From NCBI RefSeq assembly GCF_021028975.2, contig NC_059430.1, forward strand, positions 102,734,001 to 102,798,000: a DNA stretch of 64,000 nucleotides. The letters run 5' to 3'. The notes below the pieces were generated by a model that saw only the letters and a program-made list of their open reading frames with translations, had not been told where the DNA came from and ran no database searches. Source of the DNA: Sphaerodactylus townsendi. Lineage: Eukaryota. The position numbers were made by a program, and so were the translations under genes. The stretch's first letter is position 1. Each line of letters starts with the position of its first letter. Below, in pieces: positions 1-12,229 of the stretch.

Positions 1-779
1 ACCAGGAATAGACTACATACACCACTTACCCCCAGAATTTTTCCATTCCCACGTAAGCAGTACTTTCACCTACATGCTAGTGCATCTCTCTCATAAAAGA
101 GAATGCCTCTCATTGACTTCTACACAGAAGGTTTGAAGAAGAAGATTAGTTTTGGGCTTCAATCACGCCAGCTTACATTAAGCTTCTGTATTTCCCAAGC
201 TGCAAACATTCTCCTTTTGTAGCTGCAAACCAATAAACTCTTCCCAGAGAGGTCACTGGAGCCACAGTTCAAAGATACAGAAACCAACAATTAACACAGT
301 GCTTCACAATCTTTGATCACTGCTCCTTCCAGCTGCAAGAAACCAATGCAGCATAGCCGTTGACATCCAGCTGCAAATCAGGAACCCCCTTTCCCCGAAA
401 CTTCACCTCAGGTAGGCCAGATGGTCTCCAAGAGACTCAGTTCTCACATTAATAACAAATGTACTGGATGACCTCTCAGGGCTGCAGTAAAAACTGCTGA
501 GGTAACTCTTGAGGCAGACTGAAACACTTGACATATAAAACGTGCCTGAGATTTCTGCAGCCTAGAATATGAAAAAAGGCAGCTAAGGAGGTACCCAACA
601 AAGGCTTGTGCAATTTAGGTACTAATACAGAGCAGCTTTTTTCCTTTTTTTTTCCTGATACAAACCTGAGGCACCCAACAAAATTGACAGGTCATGGGTT
701 CAGGGCACCGGTGGGCATTGGGTCACCAGCATCAGTAGCTTCAAGGGAGTTTGACAAACATATGGAGGGAAGGTGCATC

Positions 780-1965
780 GCTATTGCAGGAGGCAACCTC
801 CATGGGATCGGCGGACCGTGAGTTTAAACCGGCAGGGCTGCCCTCTGACAGTATCCCCTCCTCATTTGACAGCGGGGAGTGCAAGCCCCAGCACCACTAC
901 CATGGCAAAGGGAGGACCAGGTTCGGCTGCCCCACGTCGAGCCAGCTCAGCTCTGTCACTGGGCCCACAGTCACAGACTGAGAAGGGAGCCGAGTAGCTC
1001 GATCCCCCGCAGGGCTGGCGGCGCCCAGGATAGTCAGAGGAGCATCCCGCCCTACCTTTCTCTCCGGCCAAGGGGGGCCGGCGGCACCCCGCCTCCAACC
1101 TCCTCCACGTGCTCCACGCCCCCCACTCGCCGCGGTTCCCCAGGCTCCGAGCAGCGCCGCACACCCTTGGCAGGCGAGAGAGGAGCGCAGAAGAGGACGC
1201 CAGACTCCGCGGGGGAGGCCGCGTCTGACGGTCTCCTCGGAAACAAAGAGGAAGCAAGACTGACAGCGCAGGGAACGGGGGGGGGGGAGTCTAACAGGTC
1301 GGAGAAAGAGATCCGAGAGAGGGGGACTCTGCAAGGCGCGCGGCGTCTCGTACGAACAGAACCGACTCCCTGTGCAAAAGCCCCGCAGCCTGACGCGGGT
1401 CCGGAGAGGATCCGTCGGAACTGGGGGAGGGGCGCGAGGCAGGAGAACCCCCCGGAGCAGCTTCTCCCCCACCCCCGGAGTCCACTCATCGGCCGCCACG
1501 CCCACCGCTTAAAGAGCCGCAGCGGGCCTGTTTCCCCCTTGGTCCTCCGCCTCTCCTCACCCATCCCCGCCGCCTCCAGGCCCGGCCCCGCCGGCCACCG
1601 TCCGCCTCGTCTGGCCCCTGCCAACTCGGGCTTTCCGACTCCGCCACCTGACAACGGACATGACGCGACGCTTACGTCACCGCCGCTGGCCACGCCCTCT
1701 CCCCAGCCTCCCGGAGCCAAGAGTAAGAAACTGCCGCCCGCCATCTTCTTTCCGGAAATAGCGGCTGTCCCTAAAGACACGATGTCGGCTCTTGCTTCTG
1801 ATTGGTTAAAAGACGGAGGGAACGCTCCGAAAAGGAGATGGTATTGGTGGACAATGTAACACTCTCCCGCCCGCTCTCTGGGAGCACCGCCCTCCTCGCG
1901 AGTCCCTGCCTCTAAAAGGTGGGGAAAGAAACGCCTTGAAGCGCCAGGGGTTTCCCCTGTCACGT
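780..1965 (-). promoter_or_regulatory. CpG-island promoter and probable non-coding first exon of a gene transcribed leftwards (likely STK40 by synteny)
   Basis: Very GC/CpG-rich. Has a YY1-type CCGCCATCTT (~1738-1747), ETS CCGGAA (~1752), CCAAT (ATTGG ~1801) and CRE-like TTACGTCA (~1672). Candidate minus-strand donors are GG|GTGAGG (1561/1560) and AC|GTAAGC (1676/1675). Gene identity is inferred only from the conserved order after LSM10. Confidence 0.65.
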
Positions 1966-2231
1966 GCTGCGAAAGATTTTATTTATTTATATTTACATTT
2001 ATATCTCGCCAATAAATGTCAGTGCTAACCCCCTCAAGGGGAATACAGCCCAAGAAGATTTATATCCCGCCAATCTCCCAAGGGACTCGAGGGGGCTTAC
2101 ATATGATAAAAGCAATACAAAGTATAAACATTGAGCAAACCATTGACATGCGAATTGGCTGCCATATTTTTTAATTATTATTGTTAAACGTTCTTTGCCT
2201 CCTGTTCCCTCCCTATGAGAGGCCGATGATG

Positions 2232-2345
2232 CACTAGCACCTTAAGAGACCAACAAAAATTTCAGGATGGGAGCTTAGACTCTCAAAAACCTATAACCCC
2301 GAAAATCCTCTGGGTCTTTCATGTGCTACTGGACTTAAATTTAAC
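2232..2345. mobile_element. Degenerate palindromic Penelope-type terminal fragment (family B)
   Basis: TAGCACCTTAAGAGACC...GGTCTTTCATGTGCTACTGGACT inverted arms. Related pieces at ~19490-19680 and ~31545-31630. Confidence 0.4.
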
Positions 2346-3156
2346 TATTCCTTTGAAGAGCAGCACAGCTGCCTTCTCAAACTTTGTTAAGAAAGGAGCT
2401 GTAGATAACAGTCCTGTGGGTTTAAAAGAAATGCGACAGCAAGACAAAGAAGGCCTTGCACACAGGCAAAGCTTCTCCAGAGGGTGCAGTAAAGAAAAGC
2501 AGCCCTAGATAGATATCATATGGCCTTTCTGCAGCTGCTCTGCTCCTGCCTACTCATGGCCTTTGGATCAATTACAAAATGAATCACTTTGCAAACTTGT
2601 ACCTGCCCTGCCCAGGGAAACTGCCAACCTTCAGTGGAGCAAAGAGGAGTCACATGCATGCCCTGTGGGAGGAGAATGTGGCTGCAACTAGCTAACTATC
2701 TAGGGCTGGGGACCTGAATGGTTCTCTAGTTGCCAGCTTTTCTTTCAGGCCTTTTACATCTTCTGAATATGCACAAGAACAATTGCTATGATGTGTAGGC
2801 ATTTGCAACACCCAGGGGGAGGGGAGGCTGTGCATCAGATTACAGCTTCTGTCGACTGGCTGTAAAATTAAAATCCTTCGTGAGCTAGGATTTCACTGGT
2901 TTCCCACGGCCATACTTGCATGCTGCAGCCCTTTGGCCAATATCACATCCTATTTCACTATTAACAAACCCAATCCTATCAAAGAATTCTAAACAATAGA
3001 ATTGTCTATTGTGTGTATAACATCCCTTTTTCACTGCAGTCCATGCAACATACTTCTCCTGTATCTATGCTCCATGTCTTTTTGGTGTAAATCAGTGTTA
3101 AATTTAAAATCTCCTCAAAAGGGAGATTTTTTTTTAAAAACCCACAATTTGAGTAA

Positions 3157-3370
3157 CGTCAAAGGCTTTCATTACCAGAATCACTGGAGTGTTGTGGGAT
3201 TTCCAGGCTGTGTCACCATGTTCTAGCAGCATTTTCTCCTGCCATTTTGCCTGCATCTGTGGCTGGCATCTTCAGAGGATCCTCTGAAGATGCCAGCCAC
3301 AGATGCAGGCAAAATGGCAGGAGAAAATGCTACTGGAACACGGCCATACAGCCCAGAAATCCCACACATG
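3157..3370. mobile_element. Palindromic Penelope-like element remnant (family A) with mutated hammerhead cores
   Basis: Head-to-head arms of CTCTGAAGATGCCAGCCACAGATGCAGGC... centred on GGATCC at 3277-3282. Same family as 19892-20085 and 54831-55045. Confidence 0.75.
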
Positions 3371-4069
3371 TCCTACCATTTGAGTGCCTTTTTCTGACCC
3401 ATTTTTGTTCCTATTTCTTCAAACATATTTGCTCATGGTTTTCCTGATGAAGCTTTCTAACTTTGAAATGCCATCATGAGTCAAAAATGTCATTTGCAAT
3501 TTCAAAGCCATCAATAAGTCATACTACATTTAAATGTTTTTAAAGTTTTCTCTTTTAAATGGAAATATGCTAATAATTTATATGCCATTAAAGGTTAAAA
3601 TGAAAATGAAATGAAAGTCATACTACACACCGGCACAGAGTTTTGGGTAAGGTGCATGCAAACACTTGCAAAGCCCACTAGTTATAGGGAACTTTTTTTG
3701 GATATTTACATATATTCAACATTTGATTGCTTCTTGTACAGGTTTGTAAGCAATATTCAGTATCTACAAAAGCTTTTTTTTAAATGAAGAACATTTAAAA
3801 CCATTTATTGATCAGGGTAGTTCAGTGAGATTGTACTACTAGCTTTGAGTATATAAATTAAGTATATACTTCTTGCCCTTGATATATGTGGTAAGGTTGT
3901 CGCTTCCTTAAAAAAATTCTTCAGTTTTTAAATGTCAGGGAGGGAATTTATAATAGATCTACATGTAAATATATTTATGTAGTTTTCTCTGACGGATAAG
4001 ATGCTGAAAATGCATTGGGATACAAAACATTTGTCTTTCAGTTCAGTTTAAGGTTTTCCAGTTAATGTA

Positions 4070-4218
4070 CTGTTGAAGGTTTTCACAGCTGAAATCGATA
4101 GGCTGTTGTGGATTTTCCAGGCTGTGGTCTGATAGTTTTTGTTGCTAATGTTTTGCCTGTACCTATGGCTGGCATCTTCAGAGGTATGTCATGGCTATAG
4201 CCTGAAAAACCCACAAAA
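4070..4218. mobile_element. Older Penelope-like family A remnant
   Basis: TGTTGAAGGTTTTCACAGCTG...GGCTGGCATCTTCAGAGG followed by a short inverted arm. Confidence 0.6.
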
Positions 4219-4378
4219 GCCCATTTTCCATTTAAGTAGTGATCAGGTGCTACTGGGCTAGCCAAGTCAAGAACATAAATCAAAACTAGCACTGCTGTTG
4301 GTCAAGTGGTTAGAAACAGTGTGCAAAAGGACAGAAGACCCTAAACAACATGCAGATTGATAAGTATTGATACAAAAG

Positions 4379-4384
4379 TTTATT
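4379..4384 (-). terminator. Probable LSM10 polyadenylation signal AATAAA
   Basis: TTTATT on + strand, ~290 nt downstream of the stop codon. Confidence 0.55.
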
Positions 4385-4669
4385 TGTAAAAATAAAAACA
4401 CAAAATCAGAATTTATCAAAATAGAACAAGCTCTATAGAAGCATCACATATTAGAAACTTAAGGGAATTTTAAAGTACAAAGAGGCTCAAAACATTTCTC
4501 CTTTAAAAAAAAAGAAGTGAAGTCCCTGAAACATCAGAGGAGATGTAGTCAGCCATGGAGCAATGAAGATTTGCTGAAACATCATGTGAAGCCCTAACTC
4601 AAGAGAGCAGATTTCAGTGCAAGACAACCAAAAGGACAGAATAAAATCAGGGCACACTGCCAGTCCCAT

Positions 4670-5041
4670 TCATTTGTCCTTTGACCTAAGAAACTCCTTC
4701 CTTCCCTTGTCGCGGCCACCAAAGGTGCGAATTCTTTGGATGAGCTGCAGCTGTTTCTCAATTGTAGTCTTGATATCCACATTATCCGGGATGTGGATGT
4801 AGCGAATGTTCCTTCCTGTCACAAAGAGGCTGTCCATCCAAGAGGAGCAGCCATACTGGTCTGTGAATGTTGCTTCAGCCAAACGAACATTCATGAAGGC
4901 ATCGACGTTGATGATGCGGCCCACAGCCATACTCTCGTTCCGCAGCTCCACTGTGGTGACCTGTCCATGGAGGCCCTGCAGCAGGATCACCAGACTGTTC
5001 TCAGAGATTGTGCGCTCCTTAACAGAGTGAGTGATTTCCAT
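4670..5041 (-). CDS. LSM10: U7 snRNP-specific Sm-like protein LSm10, 123 aa, single coding exon
   Basis: [36 protein letters not shown]...[10 protein letters not shown]...[15 protein letters not shown] matches LSm10. Strong Kozak ACCATGG. Acceptor TTTTGTTTTAG at 5062-5063, exon starts at 5061. Confidence 0.97.
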   Translation of the reverse strand: MEITHSVKERTISENSLVILLQGLHGQVTTVELRNESMAVGRIINVDAFMNVRLAEATFTDQYGCSSWMDSLFVTGRNIRYIHIPDNVDIKTTIEKQLQLIQRIRTFGGRDKGRKEFLRSKDK

Positions 5042-5317
5042 GGTGAAACACCATCTAATGGCTAAAACAAAAATACCAGCGGGTCAAGTTCAGCACCTGA
5101 TACATCCAGGACCATTACCATCCATGGCTGTAGCTTCACATTCTCCAAGCATGGAGCTCTGGTGGAGAAACAGTCTTTTGGAAAAGAAAATCCAGCACAT
5201 GGCACGCCCACTGTACCCTTAAGGCCAGCTTGAATACATGCTGGCAAAGCCAAGAGAAGCCTCAAGAGTCAGGGGCCCCAGCACAGTTTACAGCATTCAG
5301 GGCTCACCTTCCTCCCT

Positions 5318-5493
5318 TAGGTTGCCAGCCTCCAGGTGGAGCCTACTAATCCCCCAGAATTACAACTTTAACCCGGATTAAAGAGACCAGATGTTTTGGA
5401 CAGTTGTCTCTATTGCCTCATGCCCCCCTTAGGTCCCTCCCCAGGATCCACCCCAAAATTTTCAGGAAATTCTCTACCAAGAGCTGGCAACCA
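5318..5493. mobile_element. MITE with TAGG(G)TTGCCA termini; abundant family in this window
   Basis: TAGGTTGCCAGCCTCCAGG...GAGCTGGCAACCATA. Related copies at ~6890-7059, ~13440-13637, ~32327-32519, ~45151-45350 and ~45986-46198. Confidence 0.6.
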
Positions 5494-5499
5494 TAAGTC

Positions 5500-6000
5500 A
5501 ACCGGCAGCCGCTTCGCCAACGAACACAGTTGACACAAGCCGACCCATCCTGCAAAATCAGGCTTGTCTAGGCGCTCCCTAAGGCACGAATCAGGGCTAA
5601 GCTTGCAGGCCGTAGCAGCGCCCCGCACAGTGGGCTCAGGCCAAGACCCTTTTAAGGACCCCTTTCTTGGCAAGCGGTGCAGGAATGCAGCCTGAAGCTG
5701 AAAACTCAATGGAGAGCTGCCGCTACCTCCCGTCTGGCCCCCCGGCCTACCGACCTGAGTCGAGGGACGTCTCAAGCCCACCCTCGGGGGAAGCCTAGGC
5801 CCCAGCCACCTATTTGCGACCCCTGCCAATTACAATAATTTCCGGGTCAATGCCTTTGAGTGTCATGAGGCGGGGCATAGGGATGACAACGGGTTGCTAT
5901 AGGCTATCGCCCAGCCTCGCTGTTCTGATACCGCCCAGACTAGATACCCTCCTAGACCAACGCTTCCGCCCATGCTGCGCCCCCTGGAGCCTCAGTGCGG
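5500..6000 (-). promoter_or_regulatory. CpG-rich promoter and non-coding exon 1 region of LSM10
   Basis: Local CpG enrichment just upstream of the coding exon, ETS-like CTTCCG at ~5963, candidate donors near 5728 and 5750. Exact exon not resolved. Confidence 0.5.
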
Positions 6001-8034
6001 CAGAGCAAGAGCCTGGCTTGCAAAGGATGCTCTCTCCTGGTCCAGGGCTTGCTGCTGCCTCCGTAAAACTCCCGAGCCCGGAGTTTTGCTTGCAGCCCCC
6101 TCACCCCCCGGGAGGGAGCAGGGGGTCTGTGAAGGTGGGGAGAGTTCTTCCTATCTCAATAGACCCAGCCCCCTTTGCAAAGCTGGATCCAGGCTTTTCA
6201 AGAGCCTGTGAAGATGGGGACAGTTCTGTTTGCAAGGCTGGATTCCGACTTTGTGAAAGGGGGGTGCGGGAGGCGGCACCTTGCATCCTCAGTCTCCTCA
6301 CAGCTGCTCGCTTCTTATGCAGCAGTTGCGGGGGGGGGGGGGGCTGGGACTTGCCCACATTTCTTTCTCCCCGGACCCTTGAAGCTCGAAGAGTTTGCTT
6401 TAAATTTAATTGTTAAAATTAGTTTCAGGTGAGTGGCTGTGGCAGGGAGGAGACTGGGGGCAGGAACAAGGCCAGGAAGGATGCTTTCCCCTAGCCTTGT
6501 CCCCACCCCCAGTCTTTGGTGGCCTCAGCCAATTATTATTACAGGCTTTGCAGCAGTTTTCGGGGAAAGGGGCGGCCAGTGTTCCCCAGGCAACTGGTAC
6601 CCAGGCAAAAGCCCTGGGTTGCCCCACTCTAGTCCCTGCATCTTACAGGTGGAACTGTTCTCCAAATGGTCTGTGATGGCAGTTCAAGCATCTGCTGGGT
6701 CTTTTTGGTGGGGGCACCCACAGTAGGGATCTGGAAGACCAGGTCTAGCCTGGTTTTGAGACAATTGGTAAGTACCATTGTAGAACACCATTTTGCAAGA
6801 ATCTGAAGTTTGTTTAGTCATCCCAGAAGCATCTTCCAAGAACATAGTGGAATCATGTACCAACAAAAGCATCACAGCTAAATAGATATGGGTTGTCAGC
6901 CTCCCGGTGGAATCTTAGAGACCAAAATTACAACTGATCTCCATACCACAGTGATCAGAAAATGGCTGCTTTTGAGAATGGTCTCTGTGGCATTGTACTC
7001 TGCTAAAGTCCCTCCCTTCTACAAATCCTGGCCTTCCTAACCAGGAATTGGTAGCCCTAAGAAGTCACAATTATACATGCTGCAATTTGACTGTGCTATA
7101 TGTTCTGGATAGAACTGCCTTTGAGACCATAATGAAGCTTCAAACTACTTGGAAATGCATCAGCAGTATCAAAGCTTGCCCTCAAAGGGGTCCTCCATAG
7201 ATTGTATGTCCTTGCAGCAGAGGGGCATCTGTCACATGACCATTATGCTAGATCCAGCTTCCACCTATCAACTAGCTAAGCCAGATATGATGGGCCTAAT
7301 AAAAGCTATTATGTGGCCTGTGGTTTGTTTTTTGGATCTTTCCATTGTGCCTGGGTTGAAACCTTACAGTTGTCTTTCAATTGATGTTTGTATTGTTTTT
7401 TAAATTGGTTGAGATTGATGCGGAAATCCATCTTTTGCATGGCACAGCAGAGTACAAATAAAACAAATAGGTTTTAAAGGGGGAGTTTCTGTAGGCATGG
7501 CTTTCAGTGTGATGGGAAAAGCTAGAAGCTTGCTGAAAACAAAGGGGGATCCCTATTCACCCCTTTAACCTGCCAAAGCACTAGTGGGAAGAAATGTGGG
7601 TACAGGGAACTTTCTGTAGGCAAACAGGCCAGAGCTAGAATCCATTTGGGAGTCACACTTGATCTCACTGCATGCAAATTAATTACACACAAAGCACACC
7701 TTCTGGCCGCCAGCATTTTAAGGTTTTCCTAATACAGTTCCTGTGTCTTCGACAGCTGTTTGACAGCTCATCAGATGCAACTTCCCTCAGCATGGAGGTG
7801 AGGGACTGTAGTTCATTTGCAGAGGTTATGTTTTACATGAAGAAAGTCCTAGGTTTAACCCTAGCATCTCCAGCAAAAAAGGATGAAAAGTCTCTATACT
7901 TGAGACCCTGGAGAAATGCTGCTAATTTGAATAGACAACATTGGAATGGATGGCTCTGACTCAGTATAAGACAGCTCTGTGTGTTAATGGATGAAGAAAA
8001 CCTCATTTGTTGAAGTTCTGGGTGCCGCAGGAAC

Positions 8035-8616
8035 TGTGATGGATGGGAGGCTGCCCTGCCCCTGAAAGGAAAATCAGCCATTCAGATGAGACCATGGAAG
8101 TGCTGCTCCAGCAACCAATCACAGAGAAATGCTGGAGGGAACATAGGAGAAGAGGGAATTGGGTTCTGCCTCATGGGGAAAGCAGTGAAAACTCAGGTGT
8201 GACTCAGGAAAAACAGCAGACAGAGTGAAGGCTAGCTCTGCCTGTAGTATGTCTCTGGGAGAGAAGACAGGGTTTGATTGCTAGGCCTGTCTCTGGTGAT
8301 GAACAGGCCTTGTGCAATTTGACTCTAAGGAAAGGGCAGGCTGGTAAGGGAGGAGTCCTGTGCATGTGAGAGAATCCTAGCTAGTAGCTAGTCAATAAAA
8401 TTATATTTGAAAGTAATGTCGATAAGCTACTCTCTGAAGTCAGAACCAGTTTAAATTTTTATGCCTCAGTCAGGTTTCTTTGTCTACCTCGAGACTTGTG
8501 CTGCCGATTTGTTCCTTTAAAACCAACCTACAAATAAATCTTCTTAGTTCTTTATATATCACTCCAGCCTCAGTGACCTCAGTAATCTCCTTGTGCGCCA
8601 CAAAACGTATCTCACA
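8035..8616 (+). mobile_element. Candidate solo LTR
   Basis: TGTGA...TCACA termini with internal CCAAT and AATAAA signals. No clean TSD. Confidence 0.4.
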
Positions 8617-9215
8617 GCAGCAAACCAAAAGCCTATACACTCGATACCTGTAGAATACCTGGAAACTGAGGGGCAGGTTTATAGTTAAAAATGAACCTAG
8701 ATTCCCAAAACCTTGTGTGCGTCTTCTTAGTAGGAAAAAAAAAGGTTTGCCACATCCTGCATGCCCAAGGAGCTGTTTCAGAAAAAAAAAATGGAAACCT
8801 TAGTAAGAGATTATCCTTTCCATGCACACTCATGGGAAAAGTGAGGAGAAGGTTACATAGACAGAATCAGGGGCTACAGTTATGCCCAGATGGGTTAATG
8901 CAAAGTGAGCATACAGGAGGCATTTGGTGGGTGTGGTGTTGGAGTTAGCTGTCCACAGCCAGTTTCCCTGAAGAGGCTCATCTGAAAAGTGAATACAGAG
9001 ATCTGATCTAGAATCAGGTAAAGTGTCAAGAAAAGGCAGAAATGCTAAAAAGGCCATATAGCCCATTGTTGGAACCTCCCCCACAACAGAAGGAGCATAA
9101 CCATTTTAGATGTGGGCCACAAGCTGACATGTGAGACTGCAGATTTTCACAGATCGGCACATACACTGTTCGCAATCAGTAAGGCACTTCTGGAAACAGC
9201 AGGTTGTTTTTGGTC

Positions 9216-9221
9216 TTTATT
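9216..9221 (-). terminator. Possible OSCP1 polyadenylation signal
   Basis: First minus-strand AATAAA I noticed downstream of the stop codon (~480 nt). Confidence 0.4.
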
Positions 9222-9700
9222 ACTGCAGCAGATAAAGAATGTGGCTGATACATCAATCCAACCTTCTTGCCAGCTTTGGCTGCTATATTAAAAATGAAGG
9301 AACTGTTCCTTCTGTTCTTTGTAGGATACATTCACAAGATAATTAGCATCACTGCACAGCTGGCATTTCTAATTATGAAAGATACCTGGGGGAAACAATG
9401 CCTCTTCCATGAACACGTGTGAGTTAAAGGCAGGATGAATGTCCACTTCCACTGCTGAAACATCTAACTGACCCCACAGGGGTCAAGGTAGGCCACGACA
9501 ACAAAGCGAGGAGGCTACTGAATCACCTCCGTCCATTTCCCCAAAGGTCAACTGGGCCTCTGTGCCATCCAGCTTGTATAACCCAACACAAATGGACGGC
9601 CTTGGCGACCATTCCCTTCTGCAGGAGGCTGGTGGCTGAGTTCTACGAGGGACTGGATATGACATGCTGCCCAGACAATTCTGTTCCCCAGAGCCAGGCC

Positions 9701-9817
9701 TTACAGCTCGTCCATCATGGCTAGTAAGTCAGCTCCCTTGCTGGTGCTCTGCTGGGGCTGCTCTGCCACCTCAAACTCTTCCATGATTCGGCTCAGCTCC
9801 TCATTCCGCTCTTGGTC
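9701..9817 (-). CDS. OSCP1: OSCP1 last coding exon (117 nt incl. TAA)
   Basis: DQERNEELSRIMEEFEVAEQPQQSTSKGADLLAMMDEL*. AG acceptor at 9818-9819. Confidence 0.95.
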   Translation of the reverse strand, partial: DQERNEELSRIMEEFEVAEQPQQSTSKGADLLAMMDEL

Positions 9818-10595
9818 CTATTTAAGAGAGTAACATCATTACAAAGAACAGCTTAAAGGAAAAGAATGAAAATTCAATATAGGCCAGTTCTAACTCAACT
9901 ATGTCAGAAACAGATTCTTGAACTCTTTACCTTTTCTCTTTAGAAAATCGATTTAAAATTAATGTAACCTCAGATAATTTCAGAAGTTGCAAAATGTGAG
10001 TGACAAGTTCCAGGTATTGCCTCAACAAAACTGTTGTATGACCAGATGCATTTACCAGGAGCTCTGAGTAAGATTTTAAAGTGTGGTGCCAAAACCTGAG
10101 TTACCAGGAGTTTCAGCTGTGGCAAGACTGTCTTAGATGCCCCTAGTAAATGCATCTGGCTGTACAACAGTTTTGTTGAGAAGAAGCCTGCAAAACTGGA
10201 ATTTGTCTTATGTTCCAGGAACAAAATGCCTTAGGAATTCCCTACTGCAAGATATAAGTGTTGCAAACTGGTTAAAATTTTTGGTAAAGCAAACCTAAGA
10301 TGTCCACGATGAAATAAGTCTACCTATCATTGGAGAAAACTGCATGGAAAAGCAGTCACTTGAATATACACTTCCCATAAACACCTGCCTGGTTCTTTTG
10401 CGTGCTGGATCTTTGTTCTGATTCACCCAGTTGCATTCTGCTGCATTCACAGAATGCAGGGTCCTCCCATATTCAAAGATATTCAGTGTGAGCCACACCC
10501 TCATGTAGTTACTTATGCAGGCAGATCACATTAAACACACATCCACCTGCATATTCTGTGAAACTGAAAAGCTTGCATACCATTACTCACACAAA

Positions 10596-10736
10596 GGCTC
10601 ACTCCGCACATGCAGAATAATGCACTTTCAAACTGCTTTCAGTGCTCTTTGAAGCTGTGCAGAATAGCAAAATCCACTTGCAAACAGTTGTGAAAGTGGT
10701 TTGAAAATGCATTATTTTGCGTGTGCGGAAGGGGCC
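10596..10736. mobile_element. PIF/Harbinger-like palindromic MITE
   Basis: Long imperfect TIRs GGCTCACTCCGCACATGCAGAATAATGCA / TGCATTATTTTGCGTGTGCGGAAGGGGCC with 3-bp TSD AAA. Confidence 0.7.
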
Positions 10737-10869
10737 AAAGTGTTGTTTTCTAGCACACATGACATATTCAGTGTCTACATGGGCACTGCGCAATCCATCC
10801 AAATATACATTTTATTCAGCTACTAAAGTCAGTCTCCAAATGAAATGTCACAGAGTTGTGATGGCATAC

Positions 10870-10933
10870 CTGGTCAGCTTGTATGCTCACAACCTGATAA
10901 GAGAGTTCCTCCGGACGTGTCAGAGCTGCGTGT
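10870..10933 (-). CDS. OSCP1: OSCP1 exon (64 nt)
   Basis: HAALTRPEELSYQVVSIQADQ. GT-AG, phase consistent. Confidence 0.95.
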
Positions 10934-11251
10934 CTTGAGGAAAAGAATAAAGAGACTTAGATGAATTTCATTTGCTGCCCAACAGGATGCCACAAAGACA
11001 AATTGTCTGAGAAGTTGCCCTTGGTAGCTTTTGCCACTTCTCTCTCTCACTGAAATTTTTGATGCTTAGTGCATCAATTGTTGATCCATAGTGCCATATC
11101 TGGAGAGGATCTTTGGTGACCCTTATGCTAGTCAAAGTGGGTGCTGACCTTCTCCAGTAGAGAAGGCACACAAACTCCACTCTCCACTTTCCCCCCTTAA
11201 AGCTACCCCTTTCTTGCACCAACATCACAGCAAAACAGAGACTAATCATAC

Positions 11252-11391
11252 TCTTCTTCTTCATCTGTGGTGAAGAGATTCAGCCGGAAGCCTGCCTCAG
11301 TGCCCAGGGGCTTCTTTATCTCCAGGCCACCCATCAGCCTGGCCAAAAAGTTCAGCTCTTCTTTGGCTAGAGGGTTGGGAGTGGCATTCTC
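11252..11391 (-). CDS. OSCP1: OSCP1 exon (140 nt)
   Basis: ENATPNPLAKEELNFLARLMGGLEIKKPLGTEAGFRLNLFTTDEEE. Confidence 0.96.
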
Positions 11392-11875
11392 CTGCAAGGA
11401 ATGGCAATGGGCTTGTTACACATGGAAGCAAATAAATAAACAGACAGATACTGGGAGGTCTCACCCATTCTAGTTTAGCAAACTACCGACTCTAATAGCC
11501 CAGATTAGCCCACTCTCATCAAAGCTCAGAAGCAAACCACGGTTGGTACTTGGATGGACAACTGTGGCTGCTTCAATGGCAAACCTCCTCTGCTTATCTC
11601 TTGAAACTTCACTGGGCCGCTATGAGTTGGTTGTGTCTCAACAACACACTTTACCTTAGTTCAGCAAAGGGGAGGGTCGTAAGCCTGGACTTTAGAGGAA
11701 AAGGAACTTTACAAGGGAAGGATATATACTTGCATCATGAAACTATTCTCAAGAACTTGGGCAGCTGAAACTTCTATCAAGCTACATCTCAGAGAGTGGA
11801 CTGTAATGCTGTGGGATATTTTGGGGCTCAGTTTACAATTGCATAAATCTACAAGATAAACCTCTTGTTCTAGAG

Positions 11876-12229
11876 CAGATATTCTCAAACTCTTTGAGTT
11901 GCAGAGCACTTTTCAGCAGAGAAATTTATCATGGAACACTATCTTTGCCCTTGTGCTAAAGGCATGTATGTGCATTCTTGGCTGTTTTCTATCTACTGTA
12001 TTTTTTCAAGTTGTTATCTTTTATTGTACATATAGCAAAAGCACAAATTATTTTTTGAATTTTAAATAACTTAAAATTTGACCTAAACTTAATTTTTTGC
12101 ATTGAAAGTCATTAAAAATTGTAACTTTAAATATCGTTTTCTCAAAACCACTGATCACATTTATTCCAACCTCTCTGTGGAGCACTTGGACATCATTTGT
12201 GGAGCACTTGAACTGTTTGGGAACCATTA
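11876..12229. mobile_element. hAT (Charlie-type) non-autonomous element
   Basis: CAGATATTCTCAAAC...GTTTGGGAACCATTA ends with identical 8-bp TSD TTCTAGAG. Confidence 0.7.

Noticed and set aside
862-1963. Long overlapping ORFs (326, 303 and 202 aa)
   Set aside because: Pro/Gly/Arg-rich ORFs on both strands are expected from stop-codon scarcity in a CpG island. No recognisable domain.
9818-10869. Intronic H/ACA snoRNA (I recall a SNORA63-like copy in human OSCP1)
   Set aside because: No recognisable match by eye; the visible hairpin is a MITE with a TSD. An Rfam scan would settle it.
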